From: Bilabrum cf. latius
Taxonomy: Eukaryota
Assembly: GCA_965178125.1 (NCBI GenBank)
Contig: OZ237740.1
Coordinates: 496,001 to 560,000 of the forward strand
Direction: 5' to 3'
Length of the DNA: 64,000 nt
Both the position numbers and the translations under genes were made by a program. Shown piece after piece: positions 35,438 through 47,599 of this stretch (positions are counted from its first letter, which is position 1; each line of letters opens with the position of its first letter). A model generated the notes under the pieces. It was not told the origin of the DNA and did no database searches. It saw only the letters and a list, made by a program, of their open reading frames with translations.

Positions 35438-37200
35438 AGGAGCGGTGTTTTTCAGGTGCAGGGCCGGTTGCGGGCTTTGCGGGTGGTCGTATGTCAGGCC
35501 TCCATGCGGAGGGGCGCGGCGGGAGAGACGAGGTGGTCTCCAGGGCGGGATGAGTTAGGACTCACTCCCCGGGGCTGCTTCGTTGCGGAGTGGTGGTGTG
35601 GGTGGGCGGGGCGGCGTTCGTGCTCGTGTTGTTGGTTGCTTTGGTGCTGCTGCTCGTGGACGATTGGTTGCTGGTGGGGCGGTCGGTGGTGATGCTCGTG
35701 ATGGTGCTCTTGATGGTTCTGGTGTGGCGGCAGGTGCGGTTGTGCGTGCTCGTGCTGTCTGTGACTCTGGTATTGATGCGGCCGGGCACTAGGATGCTGC
35801 TGCTGCTGTGGGCTATGTTGTCGTGCTCGTGCTGTCTGGGTCTCTGGCGCTGCGGATCTCCATGGTGCGGTGGGGTGGCGCTGTTGGGGCGGATGGGATG
35901 ACACGGGTCTCGGGTTCCTGGGCCCCCGCGTGTGGCGCTGTGGTAGGCCAGTGCGTGCGGGGGCACGACTGCCGATGGTTCATTCGGGCGGCTAGTCAGG
36001 TCGGCCGGGGGCGTTTTAGGACGCTGGCGGGGCTTCGTGGTACGGCGGCCTCGGCTCTGCATGCCTAGGCGGTTGGGCTCCTGGCGTTGTTGCAGTTGGT
36101 GGCTGGGACAGACCCAATGCCCTGCGGGCGTATTTGCGGCGTGTACGGATCAGCCTCCAGCCGCTGCGGCTTCCAGCCGCGATCTATCACTGCGAGAGTG
36201 TGTATTGCCACATAATGACAATTATTACTGAGAATATCGGGGCACAGCTGTAGAACACAGGTGCCACCGAAATTCCGAACAAGTGAGAGCCTCACATCTG
36301 CGCTCGGACTTGCGACCAATACTACACAATCTCTCCGATCTAAATCACTTCGTAACGTGCCTCCGTACCTACGGCACACAACTGACGGAATCCGCCCACC
36401 CCGGTCCCAACTCATGCTGGCGGCTGCACTCCCTGCTCCGTCTCAACCGAGTAACTGGAAGAACTTGGTAACTTTGAGGATGGGCTCTCAGAGGAAACCA
36501 ACTACAACCATATGTGACTGTCTGCGAGATTAGGATGCTGTGTACAACGTGTGATCTCAGTTGGTGAGGCCAGCAAGGTCTCTGAGATTGAGGTCTCGCG
36601 ATGGGCGCAGGACCCGCTCGAGGTGCAGGAGCAGATGCGACGTAGCGATGCGTAGGAGAGAGAGAGAAAGATAGGCTGGTAATGAAGGCCAGGAGCGGTG
36701 ACGACTCGGGGTAAGCGAGGGATGGGAAGGGGGGGGTGGTGAGGGTGGAGCAGAGAGCGAGGGCGAGGGATGGGGGTGGGGGTAGAGCAGAGAGCGAAGG
36801 CGAGGGATCCGGATGGGGGGATTGCACCAAGTGGGGAGGAAGTAGTGGAGTAGAAGATGAGTGGTGGGGTCATCGGGTTGATACGGCGGATTGGAAGGGG
36901 GAAGCACATGCTGGGCAGGTGGGGGTTCGGGCATTTGTCTCGGATCAGGGGGATCGGATCAACCAACCACATGCGGATGAGGAAGTTAAGAGGTCACAAT
37001 TAGACTCGAGCGGCAATCAAGCCGCGTGCTATTCGAGCGCTGAGGGGCAGCGCTCGCCAGTTTTCTTTTTTGGTAACTTTGAGGATGGGCTCTCGGAGGA
37101 AACCAACTGCAACCATATGTGACTGTCTGCGAGACTAGGGTGCTGTGTACAACGTGTGATCTCAACCGTGTGTACTTGTGCATATATGAGTGTGATTGCT
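35438..37200 (-). mobile_element. Unclassified insertion, possibly the 5' end of a retroelement
   Basis: Replaces the 5' part of gene X. Contains a low-complexity His/Gln/Pro-rich ORF (35494-35904), a strongly purine-skewed tract (36650-36900) and a ~95-bp direct repeat (36465-36559, 37070-37164). No catalytic motif seen. Confidence 0.4.
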
Positions 37201-37368
37201 AACTGTGTCCTAGTTGCTAACACTTTGGAGAGGATGAACCTCACTACAGCCGCCTCAAAGTCCAGTTAGCGAAATCTCAGGCCGGTTGTAACCACGTATC
37301 ATAGAAGAAGACATGAACTTGCGACTTTCGGAAAGGGATCTTCATTCTTCCAAACTTCTTCTCATACA

Positions 37369-38778
37369 ATGGCTGGAGTTGCAGGAGCAACTGAAGCTGA
37401 TAAATCCAGTCATTCAAGTGACGGCGGGGAGGTGAGCGCCACTGCTCATGCGGCTGATTGGGTCGATGAATCGATGCGTGCGGACGACGGATGCGAAGCC
37501 GTCACAATCGGTGATGTACAGTGGGAAATGATGAAAACCCGCATGATTGGATTCAGCACTTTAGATCATTTGACTGGCATGCCGGAAGGGTACGCCCTGA
37601 CCAAGGTGTGCACGTTCGATGAGGACGAGCTCGAGGTTTTCGATACTTCATCCGGCAAGGTGGTCGCCACGATCAAGCTCGAAAATCAAGGCAAGTGTTA
37701 CTACGACATGTTTTACATTCCCCGGTCTGGCATCTTCACCTTCATCGACGTGGGGGTATACCATGTTGACCTGCACAAACTCGAAGCAACCGAGCTGCCT
37801 GGCTCGAAAGACTACTGCTACTGGCCTGGGCTACTTGACCGCGCATCTGGTAACCAGCTGCGTCCATGGGCCAAGTTCGAGGTGTACTCCTACTCGGCTA
37901 CTACTGGCAAGCAGACCACGATCGAGGCGGCAGAGGTGCAGGCCACCGTTCCGATCGAATCTGAGCTTGTGAAAGGCAAGTCGCCCGTAACCCGTGTCCA
38001 CAAAACGCTGACGGGGCCCATCAGGGGTATGTCTGTCCTCAAGGAGCCCTTGGCTGGCTGCACCGTTCCTGCACACTACATCAGGCTGCAGGATGGCCGA
38101 ATCGCAGCATGGGCTGAGCAAGGGGAGGGGTACGGTGGCCTGATCATGTGGGACATGGCGACCAAGAAGGTCCGCTTCGCCGCTGCCTGCTTCCTGCTGG
38201 AAGACAACCCGAAATGCGAGGACTGGGAAGAGATCATGGAGGATAATGGAGATATAGACGGCACCCTTGTGCAGGTGGGTCCCTCCATGGTGGCCCTGCT
38301 GCTGCAGAACCACAAGTACGGCATCGTGCTCATCGACGTTGATCGCATGGAGCAGGTGGGGCTGGCTGCGGAGGGCGAGCACATCCACCTGGCCGAGGCC
38401 GTGCATGTGGAGGGCATGGACCATGCCATGCTGGTGGCTGGGACCGTGAGTCCTGGTAAAGTTCAGGTGTGGTGTCCTGTAGACGGTGATGCAGGTTGGT
38501 ACAAGAAGCAGCAGGAGGTTGAGCTCGGCGAGAAGGTGACGGGAGTGACGGCTCTGAAGGCAATTCCGGGGGGCAAGCTGCTGGTGTCTGCACGCCAAGG
38601 GGAGTTCAGCGATACGTCTTTTGATGACCACCCCTTCAAGTGCTTCGAGCTGAAGGGTGTCAAGGTACAGCTGTCGGCTGCGACAGAAGCCATGGATGAT
38701 GAGACTGCTACAGCCGGTGTAGGCGGGAGCATGCTGCTCCAGGCGGTGGAGGCGCATGGCGAATCTGGTTCTAGCTGA
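37369..38778 (+). CDS. Beta-propeller (WD40-like) protein, 469 aa, copy 3
   Basis: Same length as 22011-23420 with many substitutions and no indels; ends TGA. Confidence 0.75.
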   Translation: MAGVAGATEADKSSHSSDGGEVSATAHAADWVDESMRADDGCEAVTIGDVQWEMMKTRMIGFSTLDHLTGMPEGYALTKVCTFDEDELEVFDTSSGKVVATIKLENQGKCYYDMFYIPRSGIFTFIDVGVYHVDLHKLEATELPGSKDYCYWPGLLDRASGNQLRPWAKFEVYSYSATTGKQTTIEAAEVQATVPIESELVKGKSPVTRVHKTLTGPIRGMSVLKEPLAGCTVPAHYIRLQDGRIAAWAEQGEGYGGLIMWDMATKKVRFAAACFLLEDNPKCEDWEEIMEDNGDIDGTLVQVGPSMVALLLQNHKYGIVLIDVDRMEQVGLAAEGEHIHLAEAVHVEGMDHAMLVAGTVSPGKVQVWCPVDGDAGWYKKQQEVELGEKVTGVTALKAIPGGKLLVSARQGEFSDTSFDDHPFKCFELKGVKVQLSAATEAMDDETATAGVGGSMLLQAVEAHGESGSS

Positions 38779-38979
38779 TCAGTGGAATTCAGGATTTCAG
38801 ATTGTCCATGATTCCGGAATCCGGATCCGAAAAGTTTTGACCACAAAGGATCAATCCATGGATAGACTGAAGCTTTGCCCCGTGCAGGTTTACCTTGACC
38901 TCGATTGAAATTACGCTACTAGACCTGGCTGATAAACCGCATGAATCCGGATTGCAAGAAGCTAATTCTAGCAAATTGA

Positions 38980-39232
38980 AAAAGCAACTTCCCATCATGG
39001 ATGCTGCACTGCACCACACACTCACACAGCACCCTGCCCCTTGCCAAATCCGAAAGCGACCTCCCATCACGGATGCTGCAGTGCACCACGCACTCGCAGC
39101 ACCCTGCCCCAAGCCCAATTCAAAAGCGACCTCCCATCACGGATGCTGCAGTGCACCACGCACTCGCAGCACCCTGCCCATAGCCCAATTCAAAAGCGAC
39201 CTCCCATCACGGACCCTGCAGTGCACCACACA
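38980..39232. repeat. ~4 units of ~70 bp, related to the 23605-24185 array
   Basis: AAAGCGACCTCCCATCACGGATGCTGCAGTGCACCACGCACTC starts at ~38981, 39053, 39123 and 39193. Confidence 0.88.
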
Positions 39233-39275
39233 ATCATCGTATCCAATCGGGTCCATCTGGTAGTGCTCTGACCTC

Positions 39276-42200
39276 TCATTTGCACGTGGCATACACGGTG
39301 GACACACTTACACCCTGAATGTCCAGCTCGTAGTCCTGTTCCGGTACACCGACGGCCAGGGCGCGCCTGGATGCATCGTAGCGAGCTTGCTCTGCGTCAT
39401 TCAGGGTTTGATCGGGCGTCGAGAACCAGCCCGAATCTAGACGCCTGTGCTCTCGGACTGCGTTGGCGTACGTTGTACGAGCCGCCTCCAGCCTGCGCCT
39501 GGCATCATCAGCCTCGCTGGCCTTCGTTGGAAGGTAATGGTCTAGCCACTTCATACCAGTACCACTCGTCGCCATCACCTGCAGGCACATGTGAGTGCTG
39601 GTGTGACGGTGCTTCTGGGTGGTAGGGAACGGCTTCATGTCCGACTCGACGTGGAAGGGGTGTCCGAAATTCACACCAAGCACGGCGCGCATTGCCGTCG
39701 TCGGGCCGAAGCTTCTGGTCTCCGCCATTGACTCCAGCCGAGGGTACAGACTGCTGCCGCGGCTCCCGCTGTTGCATGCAGAGTTGAACTGGATCAACAG
39801 AGGAACTGGTTTGTGGGACAGCGGCTTGCCATACAGAGTCCAGGTGCCTGCCACAGGGAGCCTCACGCCGATTGTAGTAGCGTCCTGCCCTGGCTCAGAT
39901 CCAACTGCCGATGTGCCAGCGTCTGCGAACATCTTCAGCGGGGCCACGCGATCCACCGACACTTCCAGAAGCATTGGTGGTATCGCCCTTGCCACTGCAC
40001 TCTTGTGATCACGACCCCAGCTCAGCTGAATACCATGATTGTATTGCATCGGTGCATCATCCAGCTGACAAGACGTCAAGCCTCGCCGCAGCCCGCTCAG
40101 CCCATACGCCTGCAGCTTGAACGTGTTAGCCACATCGGTCGGATCCACCTTGCGGTAGATTACGTGGACTCCCCCGATGCTGTCTTCCCGCCCCTACACA
40201 CTCGGACTCGGCGATGTATCAGGCGACCCCTCCTCGTCGTGCTGCAGCTTACCAGCCGTGTACACGCCGGCCTCGGACCGAAGCAGGCTGCCCTCCACCG
40301 CGCGGAAAAGCGGCTTCGTCTCGCACTTCTCGCTCCCGATGCTGTGCAGGCCACCCCACACCAGCTTCGCACCTGTTGCCTCCGGCAGCTTGATCTCCAC
40401 AGGACGCACGTACCCCACTTCCAGTGGCGAGCAGAACGAGGACGCCAGACACACGTGCCGGGCCTGGCACAGACCGTACGGCTCTGAGTCGCCCTTGACA
40501 CCGCACCTAGGCAGCGGGTGCCTGCACGACCCTCCCTCCTGCTCCGCCTCTTTGCGGTACTTATCCGGGCAGTAGTCGCCAGTGCCCAGGATCGCATGCA
40601 GGGCGCGCTTCCGGATCGATTCGAGCTTAGTAAGCCGGCATGTCTCGCCCAGCAGCGCCTCTTCCCCCTCGGGCAGCGGCCTGCCGTACTTGTGCTCGAA
40701 TGACGTGCACTCCAGGCTAGACGGCGGCTGGTATCGAGTGCTTCCGCGCTTGCCGCACGCCAGGTGGATGCCGCTGCCATCGCCCCCAGCGGACCCATCA
40801 GCCCCTGACTCGCCAGAGACATACGACATGTAGTGCGACACGGAGCTGAGGCACGCCCTGCACGCGTCTGTCGCCTGCTGGTGGTACTCGTTGACGATCT
40901 TGGTGGTGGTGCTGCCGTCCGGATGCCTGTGCTCGTGCTCTGACTCGAACTTGTTCACGAGAGCAAACTCCGAGTCGTTCAGGTGGCAGGACTTGCGGAA
41001 GGCCTCGTGCTTCCTGGCCATCTCGTCGCAGTCCTGCAGCGGGTACGGCTTGGCCTCTGGGAATCCATTCGCGCTGCGCTCGTTGTGGATCTTGATCAGG
41101 TAGTTGAGCACCTCCTCGCAGTCTGCCCTGGGCAGGCCCGTCTCAGCCGACAGCCGCAGCAGCGTGCTGGCACCGTGCGACGCAAACACGTTGTGCGAGG
41201 CCTGCCGAATGCGCTCCTGCATGGCGGCTTCGATGAGGAACTTCCTGGCCTTGGCAGCTTGCAGAACCTGGGATAGTGGGATGTCCTTGAGCTCATTGCC
41301 GTCGGCGTCCAGCATCTAGGTATCTCCGGACATGAAGCACATTCGGCCGACCGCTTCCATGCTCTCCACCCTGCCGCGGCTCGACCGCTTGCCTGCCTCC
41401 ATCGCTATGCGGGTGCACGCCTCCCAGTCGCCGAAGAGAGCCAGGCCGTGCAGGGCCCAGAACTTCATGTCCACCACGGCCGGCATCGTGTCCACCGTGG
41501 TGGCCCAGCGCTTGAGCCCAGCCATCATCGTCTCGCGGTCCTGCGTGGCGCTGACGAGGCTGGGCTCGCCTCCCCTGACGCTCACCGTGACGTCTGTGGC
41601 GAGCTGAGCAGTGCGCCGAGACTTGCCGGACGACCACGCCGCGCTGAGATCCACTCCTGCCTTGCCCCCACTGGAGGCCAGCTCTGCCAGCTGCAGGGCC
41701 CGTTGGATGGCGGGCCCGTCCTCGCGGATGGAGCTGGTCTTGTACGAGGTGTCCACGACTTCCTCCCGCCCGTCCACGATGCGGGTGTACTTGGTGCTGG
41801 CGGTGGTGGTGTGGTTGGAGCGAGACGCCGTGAGGATGTCACCGACTGAGATGGACTCTGCCGGGTCGAAGCTGGCCTGCAGGGAGAGGGCGGTGTCGGT
41901 GTGCTCGTCCGTGGAGAGCTTCTCGGAGCTGAACTTGCGGGTGACGGTGTACTCCCCTCCCATCGCGATGCTCGTGGACACGAGTTCACCATACGTGTTA
42001 AGGAATCCAAGGTACTGATCCTGTACCCAATCAGGGACAGAGGCCCACAACTTCTGAAGGCCCTCGCGGCCGAGTGCCTTGCCAGGATAGAAGTCTTTGA
42101 TGTACTCCACAGCATTGGAGGTGACGCGTAATTGCAGAACAGCTCTCTTGAACTCATCCGTAAGCAGCGTCTCGTCGAGCACCAGCTGGCACTCAATCGT

Positions 42201-43114
42201 TTCAAGTGCATCGTCAGTGGCTTTTCCGATATCAAGGGGCCCTGCTCGTACTTCATGTGGCAGTAGCGGCGTAGTTGATCCATCTTTCCTGGCCTTATCT
42301 AGGCAGCCGACAGCGTAGATGCTCTCTGGAACACTCAGTGAATGCGTCAAGATGGTGCGGGTGGTAGAAACGGTAGTCCCTTCATTAGCAGACTGCTGCG
42401 AAGAATCTGAAGACGTTGATGCGCTTATTCCAGCTACAATTGGACCTAAAGCGGCGCTGAGTCCAAGCTTGGTAGCGCGCTACGATGCCACATCGACGGC
42501 ATCGCTACAGTGCTGCGCAGTACTGCTCGAAGTTGCCGTTGCCCTCCTCTACAGGTCAACCTGCGCAGCCATAAAGCAATTGAGGTTGCATAATATTAGT
42601 CAATTTTATTTATATTGTTTTCAAGTCGGCAGTATGTTTGTTTTCAAGTAGGCAGTATGACGAGTGTACTGTTGCGCGCACTTCATTTATTCGGATTTGG
42701 TTCTTGCGACCAAATTGTTGGCGCGCGCCGGGAAACATCCTGGGATCCGCATCATGGCTCCTAATGCGATCAATCGGCTCGAAAATACAAACGAAGCAAG
42801 CTTACATCAATTTTAATATGATGCTTCGCTCAAATTCTGTATAATCAAGATCTCACATAATCTGGGACCCACACCATCCCCGTCGGCGGCAAAAAGTTAC
42901 ACTTTCCAGCAGCAATCGCTGTATTTTGTAGGACTTGACCGAGCTTGTAGTCCGGAAAACCGGTTTTTCCGATTGAAAGAGTTGAAAATGATGATCCTAT
43001 GGCGTCCAAACCAGATGCTGGCTTGCAGAGCTGGGCTGACCGCAATAGTTCATCTGCGGTAGCAGCTCGCACCTTGGTGCATGTAAGGGCAATCACAGCC
43101 AGCAAATAGTACAT
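39276..43114 (-). CDS. Secreted MACPF protein A, copy 3 (~1180 aa)
   Basis: Exons 43114-42857 and 42560-39276 with 4 TAGs; CAG at 39789-39791 where copy 2 has TAG. Indels relative to copy 2 are multiples of 3 in exons only. Confidence 0.8.
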
Positions 43115-43403
43115 ATCTGCTGCAAAACGTTGAACAGGAGGCAATTTGAGACACCTGCGTGCTTCAAGCTGCAAATCTGTCAGAGTTGTGGTTGCAATTT
43201 GTCAACAGCATTTCCAGATTCGGAGCTGTCCAGGCGATGAGCAGACCTGTTTGCTCCACCTGCAGCCGTTTCCAACCACTAGCTGGGATTATAACGTCCA
43301 TCTGGAAAGCATGCAGCTATTTTGTAACAATACGGTGCACTTGAAAGCTGCAAGGTGGCCGTGTCCAGGTGATGCAGGAATTGGCCAACGCCACCGGCTC
43401 TTC

Positions 43404-46400
43404 ATGCTGGCAGCTATTTTGCTCTGCATGGCCCCGCTGGTCCGCTCAAAAACAACCAAGGTGCTCAATCATACTATTATTGGTATGCGTGAGCTGGGTA
43501 GAGGGCAGTCTGAGTGGACTCAAGATCCTATTCCGTCAATCCTTCTGTGAGCTCGCTCGATACTACACACACCATAAATCAAGAAGCTTTTCGACGCAAG
43601 TCGAACGCCCGAGTAATCTGCTTAAATGATTTGGCGTCTACTACCTACGTTCAGCTCCTGTATTCCGTGTGTCGCAGGCTGTAGTGTGACGTGACAGCTG
43701 AAAAAACTTTGGGCTTCCTGTCGCTTCACAACTTGCAAGGCAGCAATTCTCATGCGGCTCTTTAGTCTGCAGCATCCGGTATGATGCGTACAAGGGCTAC
43801 TACGTACGATCCCCCAGCGACGCAGTGCACGGCTCTTGATCACCCCCTTCTGCAAGGCCAGTTGCTACCCCATCATGTGGCCTTCCACCAGATGTCCCTC
43901 GCAACCTCAGAAAAAGACTGCCGGTCTTCCGACAGGGCAGTCAAAGCTTCAACATCATCTTCTTACACGATTGGACTGTCTGGTATGATCCCAACCCCTG
44001 TACTGACGCTCGACCTGGGGCTCTCGGTGTCCAGCAGCCACTCACTCGAGACTAGCACAGCCACTCAAGCCCGTGTTGTTTCAGTGTCAGAGACTCTCGA
44101 GACATACGGATTGAGCTTGCAGGGCCTTGCATTGACTCCTTCGTGTGAACAGAAGCAGGGAAGCGGCATGGCATGCGTGTCTGGATCATCCTTTCCCCTC
44201 AAGCAGCAGTACAAGCAGGCGGTTGAGTCGTTGCCAAGCCCACCGTCATGTTTGGAGAACAGCACCGAGAAGCTACCTGCGAGCGGCCTAAACCTTGTGG
44301 GGCTGCATTTCCACCACAGCAGAGGTACAACCATGGTAGTCGCCACGGTCCTCGGCGGCAAGATCTCACTGGTTCAGAGCTTCCAGCAGAACGAACGGGA
44401 CGAGAATGAGGAGAGCGAGCAGTCCTATACCGCCGAGGTGTCCATGGAGAAGCTGTTAACGACAACGACAGACATTGCAGTGTCAGAGGCAACGACTTCG
44501 CATCATTCTACTGTGTCAGATGGAGCTGGCGGAACCATCGAGCATACAACTGAGACAAAGGTCGTAGCGAGCCAAGAGACTGGACCTGAGGTGGTCAACG
44601 GCGACCGAGATTCTGCGGGCAGCCAGTACGCCAAAGGTGAAGCGGCGAAAGGGCTTAATTCCGTCATGACTGTGGCCAAGGGGGCAATGGACGCTACCAG
44701 TGGGGCACACCTTAAGCTGCAGTTCGGCATGCAGTCAAAGCAGTCCAGGTCTTCCGCAGCAAGCGATGCTCTTGATCGTGTTCAAACAGAGGTGTCTGGA
44801 GGCATCGTTGGGCTGACGTCAGTGGCACTCAGCCCTGAAGGGGGCGTCAGCGGGTCTGAGGCCGCATCGGCAGAGATTCATGGAGTGTCTCACTGGGTGG
44901 GGTCCGTCCAGTCCGGTGGCACACCCCAGAGCCGCACCACGCAGAGCTTGCCCGTGGCAATCGTGGACGAATCAGGATGCACCCCTGCCAACAACCTGGA
45001 AATGATGCTTGCCGTGGAAAACAAGCAGTGGTGGCGAAAGGAAGCCACGGACCCCTAGGAACAGCCTATCCAGGACCTTTCAGCGCCAGATGAGTCCATC
45101 TCTTCGGAAGAAGGCAAGGCCGGTGGCAGCGACTCCAGTCCGCGAGCACCAGAAATTGGCAGCCTCGAGCAAGACGAAGATGGCAAGACCGATGCTGGTG
45201 AACAGATCGTGCCAGATGCATTGCTGCAGACAGCAGTGCGTGGGCACACAGAATCGGCGCTCGACCTGGCCTAGAAGGTGTTCGAAACAGTCCACCAGGA
45301 CGGTAGCGCCAGCAAGCCTCTTCACAACGTGTTGAAACAGGCCGCCAGTAGCAGTTTGAGCAGCACCCACTCCATCCGCTTCAAGAACTTCGGCACCTTG
45401 CTGCAGTCTGCAGCTATTGCCACGAGTCGGAATGGAGGGGAGTCCTGCAGGTCACTACCGGGAATCGCCCAGACCGCAACGAACATCCAAGTCCTCGAAG
45501 ACATCGGCCTGATGTGCTGCCGCGGCGGAGTCCACTGCCTGCCACGCGATCGTTCAACTGCAACGATGAAAACTGCAATGCGCGCGGAGCATGCAACTGC
45601 CTCGGAGTGGGTGGCGGCAGCCGGTGAGGCCAACGGTGAGAACGGCACCGTCACCCGAGCGCTGCTGGTTGCCGCTGCCGTAGAGCTGAGCACGATCGCG
45701 ATTCCAAGCGACGCTGTACTGGTCGTGTCGGCGTCGTGCTGGCAATCTGAAGCTGTTGAGGCCACGTCTGGCATCGGAGATCGAACGGTGGTGGCGTACT
45801 ATGACCAGGACTTGGAGACGTGGCTTGTGGCAGACAAGGATGCACCCCGGCTGCTGACGATGACGGAAGCGTTCGGGTGCCTCCCAGCTGTGGACTTGTC
45901 CGAGGACGCCGAGGCTGCAATCCTGCTGCCCCGCAGCAAGACCGAGCACTTTGAGCCGAAGGCCTACGTTGCCGCGCTGCTCGCCTCTCGTTTCGTTGCC
46001 GAAGGAGACACCGAGCTACTACGCACGCTCATGACACGGGGCGTGATCAATTGGGCAGACATGGGCCAGGAGCAGAGTTTCGCGCTGTAGGCCTACCAGC
46101 AGGAGCTAGAGGCTGCCGGTATTCTCCAAGCTAGTAGCAGCAGCAGCGGCTCGGAGCGGAGCGCGATCCTGCTGCAGTCACAAGGAGCCTCGTTCTCCTC
46201 GTCCGTGCGGGTGGAACGAGGTCAGCACCGGAGACTGAGGCGGAATCGAGCAACGCGGCATGGGCATCTCCGGCACGATGCCGGGCATTCTGTCGCAGTC
46301 CAGCGTGGATTCCCTCATGTGAGGGTGCTGCAAGCGTCGCTGCGCGGGGTCGGGAGCATGCTACACGACGAAGACGTCAGTTTTCCTGCCTCATACATCG

Positions 46401-46981
46401 ACACCCTCGGTGCCGAGCGAGACCTGAGGTACAACGAGGAGAAGCTGTGGAAGCAGCACGACGAGTCGCTCCAGAAGGAGGTCTGCGTGAGCGGTGGCAC
46501 GCACCGCGTGCTGGCCCGGCGGCAGTTCCTATCGAAGACCAAGCAAGTGCTCCTTAACCTTTACAAGCAGCTACGGGTTGCGAACAAACAGGCAGAGCAC
46601 GTGACGGTGAGTGCGCTCGGTCTCGGCGAAAACCTATGCAAGAGGGATTCTGCACGCACAGGACGCAGGGGGCGCTCTGGGGTCATCTCCACCCTGGGCA
46701 CAGCAGGTGGGATCGCTCGGAAGGCAGCTCCTCAGTGTGAGGACAGCGCCGTCATGCATTCCACGTCCTCCGCCGTCAGGAACATCGCGAAAATGTCCGA
46801 TGGAGGCTCTAGCACAGCAACAGCTGTGGCAAGCGAGCTTCGGGAGACAGTGATAAGGCTGGCTAGAGCTCGGGTGGAGGCAGACACCCCGGAGGTGACT
46901 ACCCCTGGTGGCGAAAGCGCTGGCGCGCACACGCCAGCTCGTGATGCCTAGCCCTAGGAGCAAGCACAAGCAACGGTTTGA
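43404..46981 (+). CDS. Secreted MACPF protein B, copy 3
   Basis: Exons 43404-43546 and 43678-46981, offset 15060 from copy 2, with all TAG positions conserved. Confidence 0.78.
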
Positions 46982-46993
46982 AGCGTTGGGTAA

Positions 46994-47453
46994 TTTTGAC
47001 ACGGTGGGAGTACGGTGCTGGCTGCAGGGGTGGCAGCAGCGCCTGAGACGGGTGGTCGCTTTTTGACACGGCGGGAGTACGGTGCTGGCTGCAGGGGTGG
47101 CAGCAGCGCCTGAGACGGGTGGTCGCTTTTTGACACGGCGGGAGTACGGTGCTGGCTGCAGGGGTGGCAGCAGCGCCTGAGACGGGTGGTCGCTTTTTGA
47201 CACGGCGGGAGTACGGTGCTGGCTGCAGGGGTGGCAGCAGCGCCTGAGACGGGTGGTCGCTTTTTGACACGGCGGGAGTACGGTGCTGGCTGCAGGGGTC
47301 GCAGCAGCGCCTGAGACGGGTGGTCGCTTTTTGACACGGCGGGAGTACGGTGCTGGCTGCAGGGGTCGCAGCAGCGCCTGAGACGGGTGGTCGCTTTTTG
47401 ACACGGCGGGAGTACGGTGCTGGCTGCAGGGGTGGCAGCAGCGCCGAAGACGG
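46994..47453. repeat. Tandem array of ~7 units of 67 bp
   Basis: Same unit as 31934-33130 at lower copy number. Confidence 0.95.
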
Positions 47454-47599
47454 AGGCTCGCTGAACAACTGTACTCGCTTTATATTCTCTTTGTACGCAA
47501 TGCACATGGTGGCACCATACGTACGCCACCAACGTGTCCAGCGCACCAGACCTACAGCAGCAGAGGCCACGGCGTCCGCCGCTTCACGCTACCGTGCCC

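Noticed and set aside
36305-36345. GTGTAGTA on the minus strand resembling the U2 snRNA branch-pairing sequence
   Set aside because: The flanking sequence does not match U2 stem I or the Sm site; an 8-mer match is expected by chance.
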